A stretch of 64,000 bases of DNA from Thalia democratica. Taxonomy: Eukaryota. The notes beneath the pieces are model-generated. The model saw nothing but the letters and a program-made list of their open reading frames with translations, searched no databases and had not been told where the DNA came from. The stretch is from positions 67,766,001 to 67,830,000 of the forward strand of contig OZ241830.1 of assembly GCA_965202585.1 (NCBI GenBank), written 5' to 3'. The position numbers and the translations under genes were made by a program. Position 1 is the stretch's first letter. The number at the start of each line of letters is the position of its first letter. Shown one piece after another: positions 10,465 to 23,408 of this stretch.

Positions 10465-13400
10465 TCAAACGACGTTGTGTTTGAACAGCACGTAGTTGGC
10501 CATCGTGTGGTTGCCCGACTGCCGGTACATCAAGCTGAGGTTGAAGGCGATCTCGTGCCGGAGGTCGAAGCTGTCCTCGCACACCGCGTCGACCACATTG
10601 GCAGGTGGTCCGCACTTCAACGCGTCCTCGTACATGTGCACCGCAAAGTGGTTCAGCCCGATCTGGTGGAGGGCGCGCCCGATGTTGTACAGCGACTCCT
10701 GCTTGTTGTTCCGCAGCTGCCATTTCAAACATTATACACGTTTGTTCAAGTTTTATTTCAAATATCATGCCAACTGGCCTTTTCAGTTTATATTAAATAA
10801 CATCATTGAAAATATTAAATAACATCATCTTGAAAGAAGGATTTTTTGTTACTTATTCAAACAGAATCTGACTCATGATTTTTTATAAAATTTTAAGTTA
10901 TTTATTAAGTTATTTTATATGTTTATTGTTATTTAATGCACGAAGTTAGATTTATGTTTGTTTATATCCGAATGAAATAAGTGCGGGTTAAAAACTGAAT
11001 TACGAAAAACCTTTATATAGCTTTTAATAATCTTTAATAGTTAACCTAACAATGAAATATTACAAACAACTTTGTTTCATTAATTTCAAAAACGTCAGCT
11101 TTTAGACTTTATCAAAACAAATATTTTAGCAAGAAAACTAAACATTACCATTGAGGATCTTCAACGTAAAAAACAATCTTTCAAAATAATCAAACCTGGC
11201 AATACTTGGCAAGGAGTGCGAAGGCTTGCGCGACATAAGTGTGCTTGTTACCGCAAGTTTTCTGCGTGAGTATGTGGCAGTAGCAAATTCCCACTATCAA
11301 ATGCAGTTCCGGATTTTCTTGCTCCTGCAAGTAATCTTGTTATTTATCAGATAAGTTTATTCGTTAGCACTGACGAAAGTTGGTTTAAAAAATCTACGTA
11401 CATTTTCTAAATGAATCTAAAGACATTTTTTAACTGTAAAAGTCTTACTTTAATTTACACATTCACTTTTTTAATACATTACACAAAGATACTATAAAAG
11501 TTTCAAAGATTTATGAATTTTGGATATAAGTAAAATAACGAGCTTAAAAAACTATATACTTTTGGTTTTTCTCAGAAAGGGATTAAAATTGTTAATTACG
11601 TTTAGTTTGCTTATAATTACTTTTTAAAACTTTACTTGGTTTTTAATAAAATATATTAGTGAAGTTTTATTTTGTACTGTTCTGTTTTTGATAACTAAAA
11701 ATTCTCAAAAACCAATAAATTACAGATACATCTACAAAAAATTGTCAAACTTCTTCTAGTAGTTCGATGTAATAATTAAGTGCAGGTCTGAAGTTATTAG
11801 ATGCAATATCTCCATGAGCGAACATGCTTTGAAGCGGGTAAACTTTCTTATCTTGTACCTGTAATTGTATACTTGCTTTTCGTGAATGCTTTTAAAAAGA
11901 AAACAGATTAATCACTTTGTTTTGCTAGTAATTAATTTTGAAAATAACACAAAAATAACTTTTCATCATTGCGAAAAACTTTAATTTACTCTGCAATAAA
12001 AAATGGTAAACTTAACTAGTCATTAAAATAATACTTTACATTAGCACAAAACAAAAAAGGTCAACATAATTTTACTTAATATGCAGCGCATTATTGTTGT
12101 AAAAACAATTACTATTGGAGTAAAGTCATAGATAACCAATACTGGGATATAGACAGTATTCAATAAACACGTATTTATTATCTTAGATAAAAAACCTTAA
12201 ACACAAAATTTTCTGCCTTGCAATTAATAATACTTTTCTGCAAATTTTTTTGACACAATACTGACCACCATGATTCTGTGGAGAAACCTGTGAGTGTTTT
12301 TGAGAACCTTCTGACTGTGAGACATCCTGGTGACCACCTGATTGAATATGTTCCACACGTGGTTCTGCACCGATGACTGATCCTCCTTCTTCGACAAGAT
12401 CACCTTCCTTCAATTGATATGCAACAGGTTTGTATGGAAACAATGTACAGTAAGACAGTGTTTGTATAAATGAGGTTAGAATTTCAAACTTATATTTATA
12501 AAAAAAAACACAGTCTTTATTTTGGATGCCATTTATAAAAGCACTAAAAGTTTTAATACAGTTTATATTTTAAAAAGATATATACTAAAATCCAAAATTA
12601 GCTGAAAATACTGCTTGATAAGTTTATTTATGTTTGTAAAATTAAAAGTTAATAAAAATGCAGCAAAGTATTCATTTTATCTGTAAACAACACAAATAAC
12701 TTGATTCAAACAAACTTGAGTATTTTGAAGGCGTAATAGTACCACCCGCTCAACAGGCTGAACCTGAACGAAATAACTTCCAGCTTGCTTCTTGAAATTT
12801 GCGCGCGCGAAAAGAAGTTTTTCTCCTTCATAACGTGGTCGCTTATCAAACAGGCCTCCTTGTATCTTTTGCACGTGTTGAGCAGGTTCAGCAACTCCTT
12901 GATTGATAAGCTTGATTATATTGGTGGAGTCTTAGCTCGTAAAAGTTTTTGTACTAAAGAAATAATATGCAGCAAAAATATTAAAATACTTTGGAATATT
13001 AAGTTATAAACTGTTTGTATTTAAGAAAGTTTTTTTTTTGGTATGATTTAACCTTATATTAAACTTGAGCTTATCTCACAGCATACAAAGGTCCAGGCTT
13101 AAGCTCTGTAGACTTTCGCTGATGTTTTCGTTAAAAAAGAATTGATATACTTTTTAAATTTTTGCATACACTTTGAATCAGTTTTTAGTAAATATGGAGT
13201 GTTTATACTGTCATAAAACAACAAAATATTATGTTCTAAAACTATCCCTTTTCATTTCCGTAGAAGCAAACCTTAATTTAGCCAAAAACATTTATAGAAG
13301 AAAATTACTTATAATTTAATACTAACCTGAATGTGTTATAACTTTCAACTTGAATAAGTTTTTAATAATACAGTGCTCATTGACTTGTCCGGACATGTTG

Positions 13401-16400
13401 GGCAATTCTGTAAAGGTATCCGGATAAGCATTTTTCAAGATAAGTACAAAATAAAGTGTTTTATAAAATAATATAACTGCTGTAATTTATGCAATGTAAA
13501 ATAAATAATAATAGCTCAGCTCTTCTTTTACTGCTTGAAATTTTTTACACTTTACTTTTCAAAATGTCGTGAAAAGTCGACTCGCCTATGCTAAAATGCT
13601 TTATTATAAAAGACTCTAAAACATTGTTTTTCTATCTTTTTACAAACTTCTAGTTTATTTTCAAAGCTTATTGCAACTCGTGTTTTTTTTTTATTTTTGT
13701 AACTTGTCTATTTCTGAAACCTTGTATGTTGAGTATGTCAAACTTATAAAACTTTTTATTAATAAAAAAAAATTATGAATTTATCTTAAATATAAATTGG
13801 TTCAATTAAGAACTTTTGATAGTTTAAATTAAAAACCAAACATATAAAAACTTTAATATATTAATTTTCTAAAAAATAAAAATTAAAAACATTATTTTTT
13901 AAAACTGATTTACTTTACATATAAAGGTTTCTAATAATTAAACTAGTTTTAAACAAAATTGAACCTAAGCTTTACTAGTATTATTACGTCATAATCATGT
14001 AATAAATTGCAGACCTTATAAAATCATTTTAAATCTTTTACATCATCAAAGCTTAAAAAGTAGTATGTATAGCTACTGAATGTTTTTATTTATTTTCTTC
14101 TCGACTGAATTTTCCGTATAAGTGAGCGTCCGGATAAGTGAATAAGCATTGTACAACTAAACCATTTTTAAATAAAAAAATTAGACTCATATTTCAAACT
14201 CGCTTTCTAGTGTCAAAAGCAAAACTAAAAGAGTTTCAAATACACCAGCGTTCTAAAACATACCGGTGAAACTTTATCAAAACAAACTTTGTAAAAGTCG
14301 ATCCACTGCCTCTGCTTGAAGACCTGCCAGTCGGCTTTCAGGTACAATTCCTCGTCAATCCTCTGCTTGCCCGCCCTCTTGCAAGTCACTTTGATCTCGC
14401 CTGCGAACGGGTTGGTTGTTTTCCTACTTCGCTTCACTATTGACAGCTGAAAATCATGCTTTCACGTTGAATCAGTTTATTTGTACTTATTTTAAAAGTT
14501 GTTAAGTGCCCAGACAGTATGAGAAAATTAAAGTTTGATAATTCGGTAAAGACCTTGTAAATAATATATTTTTTGTTTACACAAAGTAAAGTGAGAAATG
14601 AAGAATCAGCATGATATGTAGAAGATAAAATAAGTAATTTTTTTAAGAAAAATTTAACAGATAAAAAAATAAAACTTGCATTCAATATGGTCGTCAAAGG
14701 TTTTTTTGACAAAATTTTCTAGGTTTTCTAAACTTATTCCAGATATTTTAAATAACAATATTTTGGTTTCTTTTGGTTTGAAAGTAAATTTAAAGTAAAC
14801 AACTGACTTAGAATGTATAACAACATTAAAAAGACACTGTAAATCTACTTAAAATATGTTAAAAAAGCACTTTATTATTATTTTCTTTTTCTATATGATA
14901 GATTTTTGATATATAATCGAAATTTAATTTCTTTGCATGTTAAGTTTCTTTAAAATTCCAGATTTTTTAATGATATTTGTTCAAAATTCCAGATTTTCCA
15001 GGCTTTTCCCAGATTTCTCAAACTCCAGGTTTTTTTTACAAAATTGTCAAATGTCAGGTTTTTTAACAACTCTGATACGAAAATAACCAAACAAAGTACT
15101 TTTATATTTATTGGAAAACAAGAAAACTGTCTGTACTAAGCAGAAAAAGTACTAACTGAAATTAACCTCAGTTTTGAAAGTACTTTTCAGTCTGTTGGCG
15201 AGCATAATCAATACAACATCCGCTGCAGCTGCTAGCTTCTTTCTGTGATTAATCATGTTTATTAGCATTAAGGGTATAAGTTAGTTAAGAATTAATAAAC
15301 ATTTTTTTTACTTCCAGTAACTTTAAAAAAAATAGTCTATCAGTTGGTATTAGTGATCTACCGTATCCTAATTTTGTGAATCGGTTTAAGCACTTATAAT
15401 TGAGCAAAATATTTCTTTAATTTAAAATTTGCTTTAAAGCAGTGTTTCTAATAATATATGTATTAAAACTCTATGTTTTCATAATTGGTTATAAAACTTC
15501 GGTGCAATTTTTATTATTAAGAAAAACATTCTACAAAAAAAAACATTTTTGAAAACATTTTAACTTAATAATTTAACCACAATAAAATAATCTACTGTAA
15601 AAAGTATTAATAATACAATTACAAAACAACTAATGTTCGGTTTTTTTTCTATAGTTTCTACACATTAAGCGTTTCATCAGAACAGTAACAGAGTTAAAAT
15701 AAACCTTTTTTAAAAATAAAAAAATTTCACATTATGACGTTTCAAATAAATTTAAATAACTTCAGTTGGCTAATGCATTAGCCAACTAAAACTATTCCAT
15801 TTTATTTGAAACGTCGTAATGTGTATTTTTTTGATCCTTTAAAAAATATGCTAACTTTGTTATTGTTCTGATGAAACTACAGTAAACAAACCGAACATTA
15901 GTTTTTTTTTTGTATTATTAATAGTAATCTCTGCTTTCGTATCAAAAGATTTGGCTTTTATCGAATAAAAAAACAGCTCCAAATACTGTTTTAAGTACAT
16001 AAGTAATCTTCTTAAAATTATCTTTTCCTCATCTAGATTTTATTATACATATTTATTAATAATTTTTAACTTTGCTAAAGCTAAACAGAACGTAAGGAAA
16101 AATCAGACTTCAAATTAGGGTTTCATTATAAAAAAATACTATTGAACTTTAAATAGCTAACGATTCTGAAATTCTTTTTAAGCTGATAAAAGTGTTCTGG
16201 TAACTCGAAACGGCACAGCTTGACTTCTTAAACATAAAAACAAACGCGCTAACTTAACATTCAACAAATAACAAACTTTTTATTAGGATGCTGGCCCCAC
16301 TTTTTGAAAACTTGGAACCTGCAATTCAGCAGCCTCATCTGGTCTTTCGGTGAAATTTCATTTTCATTCTCCCCTTTCTCGGCTCCATCTAGTGTCTTAA

Positions 16401-16764
16401 AGTATTATCAAAAAATTAGACACTTTACAAAATCTTAAAAACTTTCAAACAAAAGCAGACTAATTAAACAACCAAAACACCTCGATGGCGACGCGGTATT
16501 CCCCGGTGTCGAGCAAGATGGCGGCCAGCTCCAGCCTGATGTCGACCGAGTCCTCCGCCGATATCTGCAGGCACTTGAAAAAATTCTCCTTGGCGCTCTT
16601 GTAGTCGTTGAGCTTCAGCAGCGACATGCCCTTCAGCTTGAACAGCTCCTTGCTGGTGGAAAAATGCGCGAAGTGGTGGACTTCCAATTCCTCGATTAAC
16701 CGCAACGATTCGGCGTACTGGCCCGCTTCGAAGCACGCCACGCAAACACTTATCTGCACGTCCG
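10465..16764 (-). CDS. GTF3C3: GTF3C3/TFIIIC102 TPR subunit, C-terminal half, copy 1 (9 exons)
   Basis: Phase-compatible GT-AG exons at 16481-16764, ~16319-16395, ~15167-15242, 14288-14446, 12716-12897, 12266-12407, 11751-11858, 11196-11324 and 10465-10716. Motifs WNIFNQV, HRFLHRIM, QESLYNIGRALHQIGL and DLRHEIAFNLSLMYRQSGN match the GTF3C3 C-terminus as I recall it. Borders of exons 2-3 are uncertain. Confidence 0.9.
13371..14151. mobile_element. pogo/Tigger-like (Tc1/mariner) MITE in a GTF3C3 intron; second copy 26301-27081
   Basis: TA|CAGTGCTCATTGACTTGTCCGGAC ... GTCCGGATAAGTGAATAAGCATTG|TA: imperfect 24-bp TIRs with a TA target duplication. Confidence 0.8.
14686..15074. mobile_element. 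Degenerate copy of the CAGGGTTGCCA-terminated MITE family; duplicate at 27616-28004
   Basis: Homologous along its length to 29725-30156 (ttccaggtttt subrepeats, gtataacaacatt.aaaaga core). Confidence 0.6.
15605..15923. mobile_element. Palindromic foldback element; second copy 28537-28847
   Basis: Arms tattaataatacaa...ttgtattattaata pair along most of their length around a perfect 24-bp centre, agttggctaatgcattagccaact (15764-15787). Confidence 0.8.
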
Positions 16765-16869
16765 CTGTTTGTCAGGATGTTAGAGTTTGTTGATTTTTTT
16801 TTGTTTGGTGCCAGTACTATAAAGATAATTGCTTAATTTAGAAAAATACTTGTTAAGAAAAACAAAAAG

Positions 16870-17203
16870 TAGGTTTGCCAAATGTTTTTGGCAAATTTTC
16901 TCCAGGTTTTCGAAATTTCTTCCAGGTTTCTAAATTAGACGTTTTACGGTCTATTTTCAGTTTAAAATTAAGTTTTAGGTAAAAAATCTGTGTTAATAGT
17001 ATAACAACATTGAAAAGATATCTTAAAGCTTCTTTAAATGTGTTTTCTATTTTAAAAAATTTGAAGATGACAAAAATATTTATTTATAAGATAGATTTTT
17101 TGTTGCAAATCAAAACTTTACTACTTAACATTTAAAAGTTGTTTAAAATTCCAGTTTTTTTCAGGTATTTTTAGTGACGTTTGTTCAAAACTCCAGGTTT
17201 TTT
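16870..17203. mobile_element. 3'-truncated CAGGGTTGCCA-family MITE
   Basis: Starts taggtttgccaaatg and corresponds to 29725-30156, but lacks the right end. Confidence 0.6.
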
Positions 17204-17732
17204 AACTTTATTTATATAATTATGTATAGAATATTAACAACTATTTTTTTTTGCTTGATTTTAAATAGCATTAAAATAGCGTAAAAAAAAAACATATCTA
17301 TAGCAAAAATTATTTATGTGAGCCAAAGAAAAATATTTTTTGAAAATTAGTAAATACTCATTAATGAAACCATTCTTTAACATTGTCACTTTAAGTTAAA
17401 AATATTGTTTTAAATTTTACAAATGAAATAAAAAAAGATAGATATTTTGTGATTTTTACAATTCTGAGAAAATTGTCAATGAAAAATTTGTAATTTTTTA
17501 CAAAAAATAAAACATCTCAAAATTAAAATAAATTTTTATAATACTAAACAGTGGACTCATAACATGAAAACGTAAAAATTAAGTTTTTGGAATTTTTCTT
17601 TGGAAATTTGTAGGTAGAAAGTCAAGGTTGTAAGTTAAACTGTAAAAGGAACTACATATATAACAACATTATTAATATTTTTTTTAACAAATCTATCTAC
17701 TTGAAGTTTTTTTATTTTTGCTAATATGTTTT

Positions 17733-18414
17733 GGGCATAGGGTGTCCGAAATTTTTTTTCTACTAAAAATAACATTGGATCTTATATGAAAGCTTAAAGT
17801 ACAAACTACAAGCCAGTTTTTATTAAATTAAAAAACATTATTAAACTATTGAGATACTGTAATTTTTATAAAAAGTTTTGGATACAAATGTATGGACTGC
17901 ATGTTTTTCTAGGTCAATTTTCTTGCAAATTTAAAACATCACTATAAACCTATCTTCTCTTTTATTTTTGAGATACATACCTTAAATTTTCAGGAAACGT
18001 TTTTTTTATAGTTTAAAAAATTGAAAGGTTAAATTTTTAAAATATTAAAAAATAAAAACTTTAGATAAAAAAACAAAAAAATAGGTGGTTTTTTTATAAT
18101 AAGAATTTAATTTTTCAAAATAAAAAAAATTCCTGCATTCTATCTTTTTAAAATTTAATAATACACTTTCTTAGAAAGTTTGAAGAAGATTGCTTTGAAA
18201 ATGAAGGAGGAGATAGATTTTTAGTGAAATGGTCTTTTTTTGTGTTTTTAGTTTGCACCTTTCATTAGAAACCTATTGAGGTCACTGTTTTTGACTGCTC
18301 ATATCTCAGAAAATACTTTGAATTTTTTCAAACTGATAAAAATGTCTGATAGCTCAGATAAAACTCTATAAAATAAGATCAACTAGTAAAAATCAAAGTT
18401 GACCCCCTATGCCC
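17733..18414. mobile_element. Kolobok-like non-autonomous element (left TSD decayed)
   Basis: GGGCATAGGG...CCCCCTATGCCC|TTAA; paralog of 30991-31677. Confidence 0.65.
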
Positions 18415-18849
18415 TTAAGCTTATTGTGTGAGTTAAGAATACTTCATATACTAGTAATAATTCATAAAACTTCGAAAAGTTCAAAAACAATAGTATTGAG
18501 TAGGGATGGGAAATGTATGACCTGTAGACCAAATCTGCCAGCAAACAGAAATATGTGGCTGTGAAGTGTTTTTTTAGCTTTGCAGAAAACAAATAAAATT
18601 TAGCTCTTACTAACAAAAACTATACAATGTGTTTTTAATTTATTTTTAGTACACAATTGCTTTTAATGAACCAGTAATTTAAATAATTAGTTTCAAACAT
18701 TTTTTTTATTTGTGGTTGTAAAAATATTCAAAACTACATAGCCCACTAAAACTGCTTTTAAAAAAGTCTAGCCAAAGATAGAATTTATCAATTAAATTTG
18801 TCCTACCAACTAAAAAAGTTTTCCACCCTTATTACAACAGTACAAAAAG

Positions 18850-19773
18850 TGTTTTCAACTTTCGTAGACAAAAATATAGTATTTGTGCAAACCAACTATG
18901 ATACATAAATGCAATGATAAGATATATTTGACAAAACAAAACCAACTTGTTTTCATAGGAAGTAGAACACATCTGGTTGTATTCTTGCTGCTCAGCATAA
19001 GTGTATGTGGAGCTGACAGGCTTCAATTCCAGGCTGACTTCTGTTGAGTGTGGCTCCTCTGCTTGTGAAACATTTATTTGTTCTTCACCTTCTTATTGAT
19101 ATTAAATTTATTAGATAAGTTTACTAACTATTCTTAAATTGCATTAGTAAAACATTTACTATATACATTAGTATTTGTGTATATTGTTTTATTAAAACAA
19201 CAATGATCAAATACAAAAAAATGTTTTTTTCTAAATATTTAAACTGTAGTAGAGAATTTCTGTACAGTATTTTTCTCTGAATACTGACCACCAAAACTGT
19301 CAAATTTTGTTATTTAAACCAAGTGCATGCAGTTTTGGAAAAAATAGTTCTAAGTGTACCTCTAATATATAAATACTTTAAATGATCAAAAATGTGTATT
19401 TGCTTTATTAAGAAGAATCTAAAAAATAATTGCAAACAAAAGGTATGCCGGCCAAAAAATTAGTTACCCCAAAATCACATATTTTTCATCTTAAACAGTA
19501 ATAAAATCACTTATACATGTCCTAGACTTATACTTATTGATTTGGTCTTAAGACGTATTAACTTCTTTTCATGTAATATGACATCATAATCACCCTAAAT
19601 ACACAAACTTTGTCTGTAAAATAATGATTTTTGGAATATTGAAAAGCATAGCTGGTCAGTGATTTTAATACGAAAAAATAATGTAAAACAAAAATTTCAG
19701 GTTATTTACTTACCTTTAAAAGTTTAGGTGATGTGGTGTGCATGTCAACGGGATATTTGATGTTGTAGTTCAT
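18850..19773 (-). other. Exon-like segments upstream of the GTF3C3 fragment (paralog ~32110-33040)
   Basis: 19714-19773 encodes MNYNIKYPVDMHTTSPKLLK|gtaagt; the paralog 32981-33040 has 4 synonymous and 2 amino-acid changes. ~18850-19090 encodes EGEEQINVSQAEEPHSTEVSLELKP... Identity is uncertain. Confidence 0.45.
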
Positions 19774-21141
19774 TTAGCTTTAAGTGTTTAAAAAACCCTT
19801 GAATATTTATTTTATTAGCACACAACAAATTAATGAGATATTAAAAAGTTATGATTTATTATAGGCAAGATAATGTTGTATAGCATTGAACATTAAATTA
19901 ATGATTGCAAAGTAAAGACTTTACAAAAAAATAACATTGCAAAATAAAACAAAAATTGTATCATTTAGCATTAACACTTAACATTGTTGCAAATGACTGA
20001 TACTTTTAGAAGTTTTTGCATAAAAATCTGTGTACACACAAGTTATAGTTGTGTGAGTGAGAATCTATTATAAAAAGAATTAAATTGTTTAGTATACTTG
20101 AACTTTGTTTCAAAAATACTCTACAGAGTTTTGTTTGTCTTGTAACATATGGACTTTGTGGCAATATAAAAGTAGTTATTTTTCAAACTCATTCATGAAT
20201 ATTTTGATAAGTGTGTCTTTATTTAGCATTCACTCACTATGTACAAAATGGTTTTTTTATTTTCTACCTGCTTCAAAAAGTTGTTATACCAATGACTACA
20301 AAAACTGTATAGTTTTAGCAAATATGGCAAAACGATTCAAATTAAATAATAACTAAAATGATTTTGCAAAAGTTAAATTTAATGCTATTACCTGATGAGA
20401 TAAAGGTAAATAAAATAAATCTTGTACAAATTGTTAAGTAATAAACATATTTAAAACAAAAAGAAAACAATTTTGTAAAATTAAGAGTTAAAAGCTTAGT
20501 TTATATGTCTTTATAAAGTTTTCAATGTAATTTATATGAGCTTAATGAATTGCTGTAGCTTAAATATTAAACAATATGTTAAACCAGTTATCGCCAATGT
20601 AGTAAAAAAGGTAGAAACTACGAAAACCTTTAAAAAGAATGTATAATAAGAATGAAATTAAAACAGTTTAGTTTTTACAAAAAAAGAAGTTTAAGTTTTA
20701 ACTTTATGTAAAATAAAAAGCATTTTATGTTCGAAAAAGCTAAAAACCACCCTGCCATGCTAAGATAGTGTTTCAATTTGTAGTTTTTATGAATTCTCTA
20801 AAGTCTTACATTTTAATGTGACATCACAATAACATAGAAGTTTGCAAAATATTTTTTTCAATGAATATTCTTTTGAGAAAAGCACTTGTAGTAAAAACAC
20901 ATTAGATGCTGTAGGTGTAAAGTAACTCTAAAACTTTTTTTCTTTTTTATACTGTTTATGTGAGCTTTGTACAACACTTAAGCAAACTCTATTTGATTGT
21001 CAATATTTTTGAAGATAAAACTTGATGATTGTTGCTCATTTTATCTTCTAAAACTCTTATATTTCTACATTGTGTGAGTAAGTTTGAGAAAGCATTTGAC
21101 CTAGTTTGGCATTCAACAGTCTTGAAAGTTTATGTTGATAA

Positions 21142-21966
21142 ACAGTTTTAGATGAACATTTAAAAAACTCAAACAAAGTGTTTCACAAAACAATAGAAAA
21201 TGTGAAATTTATTACTCCAAAGAAACAAAAAGCAAATTTTAACCGAGTGGTTTGTTTGAAAGAAGAAATTTATGCAATAGCAGCAGGTAACTACATGTTT
21301 AAGGAAGACAAAACTACCATCGAAAAATACATTGCAAAAACGAATACTTGGGAGAAAGTTTCACAAATAGACGACAACGGAGGACGAAGTTCATTTTGCT
21401 GCTGCGCTTTCATGAACGAAATATATTTACTAGGCGGCAGTTACCGATGGTACGTGACCGACTCCTGCTTGAAGTTTGATGCAACAAGCCGCGCTTGGAA
21501 GGGAGTCACGGAGATGAGCGAAGCGCGCCAGCATGCGGCGTGCGCCGTTTTCCAAGGAAGAATCGTGGTTTGCGGCGGGGAAGATGAAGAAGATGAAAAT
21601 TACTCGGAAACGGTTGAGTCGTATGACGTCATCACCGACACTTGGTCGCCGATGCCCAGCATGATGGAAAGCAAAAGCAGGCACAGCGCAGTTGCGGTGA
21701 GAAGCAAGTATTACGTCATCTGCGAACACGATTTTTGCGAGGTCTTTGACAGCGTTTGTAACAAGTTTGTTGCCTTAAAAGAACCGAATCTAAAATTTAG
21801 ACGAATGAGTAAAGCTGTTTCATTTGGCAGTAAAATTTTTGTGTTTCGTTTTACTGAACCTAGTTTGGTTGTTTATGATGTTGATAAAGACGAGTGGTCG
21901 GAGGAACTGTGTGAAATTACCAAAAATGTTCAATGTTTTTCCTGTACAGTTGTACCATTTTGTTAA
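21142..21966 (+). CDS. Kelch-repeat ORF K2, longest copy, still 5'-truncated
   Basis: The frame is open from 21142 (TVLDEHLKNSNKVFHKTIENVK...FNRVVCLK) to TAA at 21964-21966 and abuts the end of block B1. Confidence 0.85.
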   Translation, partial: TVLDEHLKNSNKVFHKTIENVKFITPKKQKANFNRVVCLKEEIYAIAAGNYMFKEDKTTIEKYIAKTNTWEKVSQIDDNGGRSSFCCCAFMNEIYLLGGSYRWYVTDSCLKFDATSRAWKGVTEMSEARQHAACAVFQGRIVVCGGEDEEDENYSETVESYDVITDTWSPMPSMMESKSRHSAVAVRSKYYVICEHDFCEVFDSVCNKFVALKEPNLKFRRMSKAVSFGSKIFVFRFTEPSLVVYDVDKDEWSEELCEITKNVQCFSCTVVPFC

Positions 21967-23408
21967 TAAATTTGAAGTATTAATTGATTAGTTAAGTGCC
22001 AAATAGTTGTATAAATTGTACAGAAATCTAAGACAAAATTCATTCAAAAACATCTTTATTAAAGCAACAAACAAGTAAAATCGATTTCGGCTAATGCTTT
22101 TCAATTACTTTAGTTAGCAACTAATTTTAAGATTAAATTTTGAGTATATAAATAGTTAGAGGTTACATCAGAAAAATCAAATAACACTAATTAGCATAAT
22201 TGAGCAAAAATTAATTAAACATTCACAATTCATAAATGCATATACAAAACAGTTTATCAGTAATTTAACTAAGATAAGCAACATTAAAAATAAAATAAAA
22301 ATAAGCGACAAAATTCAAATAAAATCTATAACAACTTATAAAGATTAGATTTATAAACGTATTGTTGCTTACACAAATTAGGTTTACATGTTTTTATAAA
22401 TAGAGATTCTAAAACACTTAGGTGATAATCGTTACGAGCTTTTTTAACCTTTATTTTCGTAATCGTCTTTTTTTTTCGACTGACTAACTACGGACGATTC
22501 ATAGCAAAATATTTTTATCATATTCGTTTAGATCAGAGTAGTACAAAGCTGTATGCAATAAAGAAGTTTAATATGACTAACAATTGAATTTTGCATAAAA
22601 ACATGATAAATTATAAGGTACATTTTGTAGTAGAAATCAATTTAGAACATTTATAAATTGAATCATTCAAGTCAACTTAAATATCGCAAACAAGTTCAAA
22701 CTCACTTAAGAACCAAAAATACCCTACAAACTTGTAACTTTTTAAAAAGGCTCTTACTAAACTATTATACAAAAACATTCATATTTTTGATAGCAGATTG
22801 ATAAAATAAAATTTAAAAAAACTAACAAGATAAAGTTTCAAACTTTATAATACAAAACTTTACAAATTTTAATTATAATGTGTTTAAGGCTTGTAATTGA
22901 TTATATGTTATAAAAACCTACATTTTATGCAATAATGTAAAAAATAGTGTCTTATTTCTAGAAGTACAAATAGCATAAAGAAGAGTTACTCATTATTTTA
23001 AATCATTACTGGTTTGTAATTAGTTTTATTGTTTGAGACAGCAAACGAAGGAAAAATACAAATGTTTTTACTTCACACATTTTTATCAGTTTAAATTTTT
23101 AGTATTATAAAAAAAAACTAGGTAGCACAAAGATATAATTTCCTAAAACTTCAATTTTCCAAACGAAACTTACAATGTAGTAATTAACTTTTAAAATCAA
23201 CACATTAAAAAAAAAAAGAGTAGAAATCTTAAGAGCTCTTCTGCAAGCTTATCGAAAGAAAAAAATCTAAAATAACTGAAGGTTTGTGCTTAACAACAAA
23301 ATTTTTCAAACGTCCTTGATAAAAGTAGGAATAGAATTCTACAAAAGTTTACTAAAAAGGCATAAGCAGCGAAACTAAAACGGTCAATTGAAATTGAGAC
23401 GTGCAGCA

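Larger units (their letters stand above)
8292..21141. repeat. Tandem duplication unit K+B, copy 1 (~12.9 kb)
   Basis: Colinear with 21237-34314, with a constant offset of 12930 through the GTF3C3 core. Confidence 0.95.

Noticed and set aside
10346-10822. Stack of overlapping ORFs around the last GTF3C3 exon (also 23290-23757, 16464-16793, 29401-29823, 8485-8784 and paralogs)
   Set aside because: These are shadow frames of GC-rich real exons; only one frame matches a known protein.
12183-12443. Listed ORF MFPYKPVAYQLKEGD...
   Set aside because: Wrong frame; the real GTF3C3 exon (WNIFNQV) is in another frame at 12266-12407.
10465-16764. Non-canonical introns
   Set aside because: Every border I traced fits GT-AG with consistent phases.
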